In this document: positions 9,901 to 15,900 of the stretch, piece by piece
How the letters are laid out: each line of letters opens with the position of its first letter
Position numbering within the stretch: position 1 is the stretch's first letter
Source: Thermoanaerobaculia bacterium
GTDB taxonomy: Bacteria; Acidobacteriota; Thermoanaerobaculia; Gp7-AA8
Direction of reading: 5' to 3'
Assembly: GCA_038230535.1 (NCBI GenBank)
Contig: JBBRNB010000015.1
Coordinates: forward strand, 3,992-67,991
Length of the DNA: 64,000 nucleotides
Program-made: the position numbers and the translations under genes
The notes under the pieces: model-generated
What the model was told of the DNA's origin: nothing
The model's input: only the letters and a program-made list of their open reading frames with translations
Databases searched by the model: none

Positions 9901-10399
9901 CCCCATCGCCACTGACATCTCGCTCGACGTCAATGTTCTGAACACCGGCAACGTTCCGCTGACCTCGGCCGCTCTGCACACACCATTGACGACCGCGATC
10001 ACATCTCCGGCAACATATACGGTGCTCTCCGTGACCAGCAGCAATCTGGTCGTGAATCCAGGATACGACGGCAACGGCAACGACAATCTCCTCGCCGCCG
10101 GCAACACCCTGACCCCGGCACAGAGCGGCGTCGTCCATCTGATCATCCGCGTCGATCCGCACGGAGTGAACAACACCTATCAGTCGTCATCCACCGGAAC
10201 CGGCGTCGCACCCGACACATCGGTCGTATCCGACATCTCCCAGGACGGCTGCAACGTCGATCCCGACAACGACAGCAACCCCGGCAACAACAGCACCCCA
10301 ACACCCTTCCTGGTCATCGTCCTCGTCCCAACGCTGAGCCTGTGGGTTCTGATGTTCCTCGGCCTCGCGCTGGCCGTGATCGCACTTCGTAGGGTGTAA
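3983..10399 (+). CDS. Large secreted surface protein: Ig-like/DUF11-type repeats, 3 SdrD-B-like domains, 4 GEVED domains, C-terminal IPTL-CTERM-like sorting signal
   Basis: Signal peptide MRKLWSLGFCLILTGSAFA; LGDYVWVD / LGNYVWFD / LGDQVWLD SdrD-B starts; four D(Y/F)GDAP...DGEVED(Y/W) units; ends VPTLSLWVLMFLGLALAVIALRRV. Confidence 0.9.
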   Translation: MRKLWSLGFCLILTGSAFAQPLLKSAIQLDPGNTKATGAQFAYRLTYNCSSTSGPCLGSQVVDLLPAELSEISTVPASPTGDVAAINVTPNFGGSGRTRVQFVMISPLPAGNSGDLLINVKFPNGTTPNGTVATNTADGINLGATPGTFTTPPVSVTATATEQVTVSKTLTSAPANLDMPESYRLRISNSGSNGTLNLTAVGPITDTLPTGTVFNGSTPAADCQPGCVGTTPASVTWTSPCSLPLTPGSNCDVSVNVTFPSATFTSGTNVTNSFTGTATALGQPPAALGVGTITHQVTTFVPAPSAGLSKNVDGNSPSPPTLNQTFSYNFNPSNNGNVPLDTMTVIDTLPVQMHVTSVTTGSYNNLSDFAPGVGVRVSYEKNTAPGVFTLWGSSPNATTNTTLTAPPPGLGAGEYLTRIKWEYGQAAVGMGTSTRPLVTGQIINPSNSGAPVAFGNTIQNCVDLAAVYTAGPTPVSQHVCDSFVLSGPFVELNPAKDNLSGGGPFNPGQSVSFRLRVRSDGRSSDPAPLQFLSASDLLPVDMVFNSWTFDDRGTGLPSPQNFTQIPNYAGSGRTLLRWSWNAGSGSLAVGQEVWINITTTIRTGANFGSLTNTFNLTSNNPGLAQRCNGGSATDALDFDNDGLTNDTLCTANGTATIAPIAQLASQKTIKGTCDGGAVSTSAGTLAGGAVEYHLSVTNPGTVAMQNFVLIDILPFAGDTGVRDTSPRGSQWTPLLAAPITPPAGTTIYYTTAGNPCRGEVGGPVTGCTPPNWTTVAPDPITSVRAFKIEFGSRVLGPADVLNFAYSMIAPGNTPPGQNAYNSFAYQADRSDGLGSLAAEPQKAGIALGSCPAAALGDYVWVDTNHNGIQDDGPTGLNGVYVQLFSPGPDGIEGTADDVPLASTITSNNPSGGAPGWYFFPGLAPGNYYVKVTPPPTFNFTLQHIGTGALDSDGNPATGMSQVVTLAVNQINPDIDFGLFTTHTAALGNYVWFDHNNDGIQNEPVTSGVNGVTVKLFVDNGDNTPGPGDVQVATTVTADDVYGRPGYYLFQGLTPGLAYYVQFVLPSVATGFTSLHTGADGTVDSDANTSTGNSQLVTLAPDEVNLTIDAGIVTASGILALGDQVWLDTNNNGIFEPQNGETGIDGVRLDLYRDVNNDGLPSLDEYLDTATTGTVSGFSGRYRFDNLAPGNYIVVVHPSSFDGGGALFGLSTSTGNDPAPDPDDDVNGDDNGTNLGALIGSKPVTLSNGGEPTSEDGDANTNLTVDFGFITSSPSPLYYDYGDAPDTGSGTGRGNYNTTALDNGPFHLLGVPNAPYLGNCVDSDGGFLQNATATADDNGPHGIVIGTCSGTSDEDGVTFTGPFTPGNVATFSVTAGGPTQCHLDAWVDWNQDGIFGNSPGEQIATNLIVPNGPPTVLSPTVPASAIPGTTYARFRCSTAGNLPPAGPAADGEVEDYAVGIIGYDYGDAPASYGTQGAGAARHVIIPGTTLTLGQCVDTELDGQPNAAANGDDGSAGTSRIGTCADDEDGVVFTSPIATCSTASVTVTAGAAGKLDAWIDFNRNGTFAGAGEQIFVSQTVNAGSNNLTFAVPCNASGGLSYMRFRLSSAGGLGPAGDAPDGEVEDYAVTIQTVDFGDAPNSYGTTFASNGPRHTIVSGFSLGATVDAEVDGQPNAAATGDGADEDGVTLPAGNLFKACTTQGLTVNLTNTAGIATPKLDAWIDFDGDGTFDNPRDHVVVSAALVSGANTINVNVPCNAKTRATTYARFRLSSTGTALPTGFANDGEVEDYAVATAGLDFGDAPDPAYPTLLASNGARHYVLPSNNPTLGPTVDTEGDGQPNATATGDGADEDGVAFPVPLIPGTTGSITVTTGPTGGIVTCWMDFSHNGSWADAGEHIVPDFALSANTSHTFTFPIPVPAVSGPTMTRCRISSIGGLGPTGLANDGEVEDWAANMLVAHPQIGVGECLVKTAVNDPIATDISLDVNVLNTGNVPLTSAALHTPLTTAITSPATYTVLSVTSSNLVVNPGYDGNGNDNLLAAGNTLTPAQSGVVHLIIRVDPHGVNNTYQSSSTGTGVAPDTSVVSDISQDGCNVDPDNDSNPGNNSTPTPFLVIVLVPTLSLWVLMFLGLALAVIALRRV

Positions 10400-10410
10400 T
10401 GCTACGAAAT

Positions 10411-10436
10411 GGGGACGGATCTCAAGGTCCGTCCCC
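10411..10436. repeat. Short palindrome, REP-like or terminator
   Basis: GGGGACGGA (10411-10419) and TCCGTCCCC (10428-10436) are perfect inverted repeats just after the surface-protein stop. Confidence 0.7.
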
Positions 10437-10438
10437 AA

Positions 10439-10528
10439 AGGCTTATCCGCAGATTACGCAGATGGACGCAGAAAGAGAATGACGAGTCCTCCATCTGCGT
10501 CCATCTGTGTAATCTGCGGATGAAGCCT
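10439..10528. repeat. REP-like long hairpin element, copy 1
   Basis: AGGCTTATCCGCAGATTACGCAGATGGACGCAGA ... TCTGCGTCCATCTGTGTAATCTGCGGATGAAGCCT; lies between convergent genes; a second copy is at 30335-30421. Confidence 0.85.
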
Positions 10529-10531
10529 CTC

Positions 10532-11434
10532 CTACTCGGACACTGGTGTCACATCCCATCGCGGCCGTTCGCGATAGCGGTCGTGCATCCATACCCACTG
10601 TTCGGGGACTCGGCGGATCTGGGCTTCGATGCCGGCGGTGAGACGGGCGGTGAGGGCGACCGGATCGTCGTCCTTGCTGACGTTGATCGGCTCGAGAATG
10701 CGGATGTGCAAGATGCTGCCCCGGCGCTCGCCGAACATACATGTGATCGGAACGCCCATCCGTACGGCCAGCCGGGCGGGACCGATCGGCGTCAGCGCGG
10801 GGCGTCCGAAGAACGGCACCTTGACACTCTCGGCGCGGATGTTCTGATCGATCAGGAACGCCAGGATGCTGCCGCTGCGCAGAGCACGAATCATCTCTCG
10901 CCCGGCAGCGGTGGAGCCGCGATCGATCGTCGTGATGCCCGCATTCGCGCGCAGGCCGGTGATGAAGAGGTTCATCTCCGGCTCATCCCGTTCGCGATGC
11001 AGAACGGTGACCGGCGTACGCAGGGCGATGGCGTGGGCGATCCACTCCCAGTTGCCGCAATGACCCGTGATGCCGACCATCCCTTCTCCGGGCCGGAGGT
11101 TCTCGAGTCCCTCGAATGTCGTCGTTCGCTCACAGGTTGCGGCGTCCAGGTTTGGAAGCCAGAGCATCTCGACCAGCGTCATGCCGAGGTGATGGAACAT
11201 CGATCGGATGGTTGCTCGGCATCGGCGAGGAGCCCAATCGGGAAAGGCTGCTGCGATGTTCGTCAACGCACGGCGGCGGTCGCGTAAGAGCACGTGCCAC
11301 CCGATATGGCCGAGAGAAATGCCGACGGCACGGGCAAACCGGAGGGGCAGGCGGCGCACCACGGCACTCACACCTTGCAGCGCGCGGTAGAGGATGCGGC
11401 CGCGCAGGGCGCGGCGCGAACGGGTAGTCACCAC
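10532..11434 (-). CDS. Lipid A biosynthesis acyltransferase family (LpxL/HtrB-like)
   Basis: TGHCGNWE (HxxxxE), LIDQN and VPFFGRPA motifs; divergent from kdsC. Confidence 0.88.
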   Translation of the reverse strand: MVTTRSRRALRGRILYRALQGVSAVVRRLPLRFARAVGISLGHIGWHVLLRDRRRALTNIAAAFPDWAPRRCRATIRSMFHHLGMTLVEMLWLPNLDAATCERTTTFEGLENLRPGEGMVGITGHCGNWEWIAHAIALRTPVTVLHRERDEPEMNLFITGLRANAGITTIDRGSTAAGREMIRALRSGSILAFLIDQNIRAESVKVPFFGRPALTPIGPARLAVRMGVPITCMFGERRGSILHIRILEPINVSKDDDPVALTARLTAGIEAQIRRVPEQWVWMHDRYRERPRWDVTPVSE

Positions 11435-11470
11435 GCGGATTCTATGGGAGAGGCTGCTATCCTTCTCCGA

Positions 11471-11980
11471 ATGGCAAGCGCACGCGATATTCGAATCATC
11501 GTCTCGGACGTGGACGGCGTCTGGACGGACGGTAAGATCAGCTACGTAGGCGATCGTTCCGAAATCAAAGAATTTAACGTCCGCGACGGACTCGGCGCCA
11601 AGGTGGCGCAGCGCTCAGGCATCACCATCGTGCTGCTGACATCGCGCAGTTCACCGGCGTTAACGCGCCGGGCGAAGGAGCTCGGCATCAACGAAGTGCA
11701 CCAGGGCGCCGTAAAGAAGCTGACCACCTTCGAAGCGATTCTGGTGAGGCTGAAGGCCCGTTTCGACGAGGCGCTCTATGTCGGTGACGATCTCCCCGAC
11801 CTCGCTCCGATGCTCCGCGCCGGCATCTCCGCCGCGCCAGCCGATGCCGCTGCCGAGGTACTTCGCGCCGCGACATGGAAACTGGAGTCGCGCGGTGGCC
11901 GGGGGGCGTTCCGTGAACTGGTAGAGCGATTGTTGCGTGAACGGGGGGAGTGGGATCGGATCGTCCGCGAGTTCGAGTAA
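11471..11980 (+). CDS. kdsC: KDO 8-phosphate phosphatase (HAD family)
   Basis: SDVDGVWTDG HAD motif I, FNVRDGLG, YVGDDLPD. The long ORF-track start overlaps the acyltransferase, so ATG 11471 is preferred. Confidence 0.88.
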   Translation: MASARDIRIIVSDVDGVWTDGKISYVGDRSEIKEFNVRDGLGAKVAQRSGITIVLLTSRSSPALTRRAKELGINEVHQGAVKKLTTFEAILVRLKARFDEALYVGDDLPDLAPMLRAGISAAPADAAAEVLRAATWKLESRGGRGAFRELVERLLRERGEWDRIVREFE

Positions 11981-12035
11981 CTTGGATGACCTCCCTCCCT
12001 CGCGGCCGCACACGTAGTCGATACACTCACCTCCA

Positions 12036-12857
12036 ATGTCCGGGAAGCTTCTCATCGTCGGCACCCCGCTCGGAAACCTCGGCGATTTTCCGCCGCGGGC
12101 GATCGAAGCCCTGAAGACGGCGGACCTCATCCTCTGCGAGGACACGCGTCATACGCGCAAGCTGTTGACGCACTTCGGCATCGTCCGGCCAACGGAGCGA
12201 TTCGATGATCACACTGAGGAGGCGAAGTCACGCGCGTTCGCCGAACGCATTGCGGCGGGTGAGACGATCGCCATCGTCTCTGATGCAGGCATGCCCGTCA
12301 TCAGCGATCCCGGCTTCCGGCTCGTTCGCATCGCGCGGGAGCTCGGCCTCGTCATCGAGCCGATTCCCGGCCCGTTCGCCGGCGTCCTCGCTCTCGTCGC
12401 CAGCGGCATCGCGCCTCTCCCCTTCACATTCCTCGGATTCACTCCGCATCGCCGCGGCGAGCGAACTGATTTCTACCGCACCGCAGCGGAGCTGGGCCAC
12501 ACCGTGGTCGTCTACGAGTCGCCGGAGCGGGTGATCGACTCCCTCGAAGACGCGCTCGCCGTCCTCGGCGACGTCGAGATCACCGCCGGCCGCGAGATGA
12601 CCAAACTGCACGAGGAGTTCCTCAGTGGCACGATCAGCGAAGTCCTCGCCGAGCTGCGAACGCGGCAATCGATCTACGGCGAGATCACCCTCGTCTTCGC
12701 CGCTGCCCGATCAACAGTCAGCGCCGCATCACCCGAGGAGATCGCAGCCGAGTTCGAGCGCCTCCGCGCAGGCGGCATGCGCCGCAACGATGCGGTGAAG
12801 GCGGTGGCGGAAAAGTTCGGGATGCGGAAGAACGACGTGTATCGGATGCTGCTTTAG
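12036..12857 (+). CDS. rsmI: 16S rRNA (cytidine1402-2'-O)-methyltransferase
   Basis: LIVGTPLGNLGD, CEDTRHT, SDAGMPVISDPG, YESPER, REMTKLHEE. Confidence 0.95.
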   Translation: MSGKLLIVGTPLGNLGDFPPRAIEALKTADLILCEDTRHTRKLLTHFGIVRPTERFDDHTEEAKSRAFAERIAAGETIAIVSDAGMPVISDPGFRLVRIARELGLVIEPIPGPFAGVLALVASGIAPLPFTFLGFTPHRRGERTDFYRTAAELGHTVVVYESPERVIDSLEDALAVLGDVEITAGREMTKLHEEFLSGTISEVLAELRTRQSIYGEITLVFAAARSTVSAASPEEIAAEFERLRAGGMRRNDAVKAVAEKFGMRKNDVYRMLL

Positions 12858-13342
12858 CGTTTCTTGCGAAGTCTCTGCACGGCGCGGAGCATCTCGATCA
12901 CCATCCGATCCCTCGGTCGATCGCTCCCCTCTTTCATGCGAATCAAATCAGGAAGGCACGCGACGTAGGTCTTCACATCGTCAATTTCCATGCATTCGGC
13001 GTGAGTCTGTAAATCGTCATAGCCGTCTGTTCCAGTCGGAGTGCCGACGCATCGCAAAACACCGAAGTCGGTATTGAAGACCTGAACCTCGCCGAGGTGC
13101 AGTATGTGCTCATCTACCTGGTCGTCCATAGACCCACGCAGTGTGGCGTGCATATCGTTGAGCGCATCAGCGAGTCTTCGCGCGTTCTCGAGGTCGAGCG
13201 CGAAGCATATGTCCAGATTAGCGCTAGGGAGATTCGAACCCAACAGGTAACCAGCGATACCGCCGATCAGAACGAAGCGGACATCTCGGCGATGGAGCGC
13301 ACCGAGAATCGCAAGCCTGTCGAGAGCCACCGTTGCAGTCAT
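12854..13342 (-). CDS. Nucleotidyltransferase-fold protein (AbiEii/DUF6036-like)
   Basis: RFVLIGGIAGYLLG ... NLDIC ... LIRMKEGSDRPRD; ATGA overlap with the upstream small gene. Confidence 0.7.
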   Translation of the reverse strand: MTATVALDRLAILGALHRRDVRFVLIGGIAGYLLGSNLPSANLDICFALDLENARRLADALNDMHATLRGSMDDQVDEHILHLGEVQVFNTDFGVLRCVGTPTGTDGYDDLQTHAECMEIDDVKTYVACLPDLIRMKEGSDRPRDRMVIEMLRAVQRLRKKR

Positions 13343-13536
13343 TTCGTCCCGGTCACGCGTCGCGTAGCGGTGCGAAGCCGCGTCAGATTGTGTGCGTTCG
13401 CCATCGCATTTCGTAGCCGTTCGGTAGGCGTAAGTTCGAGAAGATCGAGGAGCGCGTAAACATCAACGCCCGTTTCGGCCTGCATGCGGCGCAGGTCACT
13501 ATCGGTGAAATTCTCTCGGTGGTTCCGCACTGACAT
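13339..13536 (-). CDS. Small hypothetical protein, putative partner of the adjacent nucleotidyltransferase
   Basis: MSVRNHRENF...GVDVYALLDLLELTPTERLRNA; its stop overlaps the next start (13339-13342). Confidence 0.6.
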   Translation of the reverse strand: MSVRNHRENFTDSDLRRMQAETGVDVYALLDLLELTPTERLRNAMANAHNLTRLRTATRRVTGTK

Positions 13537-13689
13537 AATTGTATCGAACGACTGTACCCGTGTCACCATTTCCCACCTCCACCCTGCTATCATCCTCCTC
13601 CGGCCTGACGAGGCGCGGACGCGAAGGCGAACCGGCCGGCGCGGCCCCCAATCAGATCACCGCAGAAGCCCGAATCCCGAGGAGCGTGA

Positions 13690-14841
13690 ATGGATTTCCG
13701 TCTCACTGAAGAGCAGACTCAAATACAACAGATGGTGCGCGACTTCGCGCTCAGCGAAATCAAGCCGCACCTCATGGAATGGGATGAGAAGCAGCACTTT
13801 CCGACGGACGTCTTCAAACGCGCCGGCGGACTGGGGATGCTCGGCGTAACCATCCCGGAAGAGTACGGCGGCGCCGGCCTCTCCTACATCGACTACATCC
13901 ACGTCATCGAAGAGCTGGGTGCCGTCGACAGCGGCTTCGGGCTCAGCGTGGCAGCGCACAATTCCCTCGGCTCCGGGCACATCTACCTCGCCGGCAACGA
14001 TGAGCAGAAGAAGAAATGGCTTCCGAAGCTCACCTCGGGTGAATGGATCGGCGCATGGGGCCTCACCGAGCCCGGCTCCGGCAGTGATGCATCCGGCCTG
14101 CGCACCACAGCGGTCAAAGATGGCGACGACTGGGTGTTGAACGGGACGAAGAACTTCATCACCAACGCTACCTATGCGGACATCTCCGTCGTCCTGACTG
14201 TGACCGACAAGTCGGACCAGAAGCATGGCATCACCGCGTTCGCCATCGAGATGGATCGTCCCGGCATCCGGCCCGGGAAGAAGGAAAACAAGCTCGGTAT
14301 GCGCGTCTCCGACACAGCGGAACTGGTGATGGAAGACTGCCGCGTCCCGTCGTCGAACATCCTCGGCAAGGTCGGCTACGGCTTCATCGACGCGATGAAA
14401 GTCCTCGACGGAGGGCGCATCTCCATCGGCGCGCTCGCGGTCGGCATCGCCCGAGGCGCGTATGAAGCGGCGCGCGACTACGCCAGGCAACGCCAGGCAT
14501 TCGGCAAGGCCATCTCAGAATTCCAGGCCATCCAGTTCATGCTCGCCGATATGGCCACCGAGATCGAGGCCGCGCGGCTGCTCTGTTATCGCGCCGCGAC
14601 GATCAAGGACGCAGGCGAGAAGGTGACGCAGGCGTCGGCGATGGCCAAGCTTTACGCCTCCGAGGTCGCCGTGCGCGCGACCGAGAAAGGCGTGCAGATC
14701 TTCGGCGGCTACGGCTTCGTCAAGGACTTCCCCGCCGAGAAGTACTACCGCGATGTGAAGCTGTGTACGATCGGCGAAGGGACGAGCGAGATCCAACGCA
14801 TGGTGATTGCGAGGAGCCTGCTCGCGGGATTGGACCAATGA
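13690..14841 (+). CDS. Acyl-CoA dehydrogenase (butyryl-CoA DH-like)
   Basis: GAWGLTEPGSGSDA, LNGTKNFITNA, GGRISIGA, QIFGGYG, IGEGTSEIQR. Confidence 0.96.
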   Translation: MDFRLTEEQTQIQQMVRDFALSEIKPHLMEWDEKQHFPTDVFKRAGGLGMLGVTIPEEYGGAGLSYIDYIHVIEELGAVDSGFGLSVAAHNSLGSGHIYLAGNDEQKKKWLPKLTSGEWIGAWGLTEPGSGSDASGLRTTAVKDGDDWVLNGTKNFITNATYADISVVLTVTDKSDQKHGITAFAIEMDRPGIRPGKKENKLGMRVSDTAELVMEDCRVPSSNILGKVGYGFIDAMKVLDGGRISIGALAVGIARGAYEAARDYARQRQAFGKAISEFQAIQFMLADMATEIEAARLLCYRAATIKDAGEKVTQASAMAKLYASEVAVRATEKGVQIFGGYGFVKDFPAEKYYRDVKLCTIGEGTSEIQRMVIARSLLAGLDQ

Positions 14842-15866
14842 CGTGTAGGGTGCCGGGAGTCGAGAACCAGCAAATGCAGCCAGACTCCGACACCCGACAC
14901 CCGACACCCGACACCCTCGTAACAAACCTCGCCGACTCTCTCCGCAGCGGCAAATACCGAGCGCTCGCACAAGCGGTTTCGCTCGTCGAGCGTGACGACG
15001 GGCGTGCGGAACGGCTGCTGGCCAGCATCTATCCGGCGACAGGACGCGCGCGGATCATCGGCATCACCGGCTCGCCCGGCGCCGGCAAATCGACGCTGGT
15101 GGCCGCTCTGGCAAAGTACTACCGCGGGCAGGATAAGAAAGTCGGCATCATCGCGGTCGATCCCACTTCGCCATTCACCGGCGGCGCGATCCTGGGCGAC
15201 CGTATCCGCATGGCTGATCTCTACACCGACCGCGGCGTCTTCATCCGCTCGATGGCGACGCGCGGCTTTCTGGGCGGACTGGCCAGGGCGACCAATGATG
15301 TCGTCGACCTCCTCGATGCCGCGGGGTTCGACGTCGTTCTCGTCGAGACCGTCGGCGTCGGTCAGGACGAGGTCGAGATCATTCGAACCGTCCAGACGAA
15401 TGTCGTCGTCCTCGTCCCCGGCATGGGTGACGACATTCAGGCGATCAAGGCCGGCATCATGGAGATCGGCGACGTCTTCGTCGTCAACAAAGCCGACCGC
15501 CCGGGGGCGGACCGCACCGTCACCGAGATCACGATGATGATGTCGCTCGTCGAGGAGCACGGCGATTGGATCCCGCCGATCGTGAAGACGGTGGCCTCGA
15601 CCAATCAGGGAACCGAGGATCTCGACGCGGCCATCGTCAAACACTTCGAGCACCTGCAATCGTCGGGCGAGCTCGATCGCCGCAACCGCGAACGTGTGCG
15701 AATCCGCATCGCCACGATGCTCAAGGAAAAGTTCATGGACCGTCTGATCGGCAGCACCATCACACGCTCCGGCTACGAGCAGCTCCTCGATGATGTTCTC
15801 CGGAAGAAGAACAACCCTCACGACGCCGCGGAAGGGCTACTTGCCCGCGTATCCTTCGGTTCATGA
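14838..15866 (+). CDS. meaB: Methylmalonyl-CoA mutase-associated GTPase (MeaB/ArgK)
   Basis: GITGSPGAGKST P-loop, AVDPTSPFTGGAILGDRIRM, ETVGVGQDE, VNKAD. ATGA overlap with the upstream gene at 14838-14841. Confidence 0.93.
   Translation: MTCRVPGVENQQMQPDSDTRHPTPDTLVTNLADSLRSGKYRALAQAVSLVERDDGRAERLLASIYPATGRARIIGITGSPGAGKSTLVAALAKYYRGQDKKVGIIAVDPTSPFTGGAILGDRIRMADLYTDRGVFIRSMATRGFLGGLARATNDVVDLLDAAGFDVVLVETVGVGQDEVEIIRTVQTNVVVLVPGMGDDIQAIKAGIMEIGDVFVVNKADRPGADRTVTEITMMMSLVEEHGDWIPPIVKTVASTNQGTEDLDAAIVKHFEHLQSSGELDRRNRERVRIRIATMLKEKFMDRLIGSTITRSGYEQLLDDVLRKKNNPHDAAEGLLARVSFGS
14843..14916. repeat. Heptamer (CCGACAC)x4 with a complementary left arm, at the meaB 5' end
   Basis: CCGACAC at 14887, 14894, 14901 and 14908; GTGTAGGGTGCCGGGAGTC at 14843-14861 is a partial complement. 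Confidence 0.8.
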
Positions 15867-15900
15867 AGCTCCCTGACGATCAGCTACAATCCCCGCCCCG

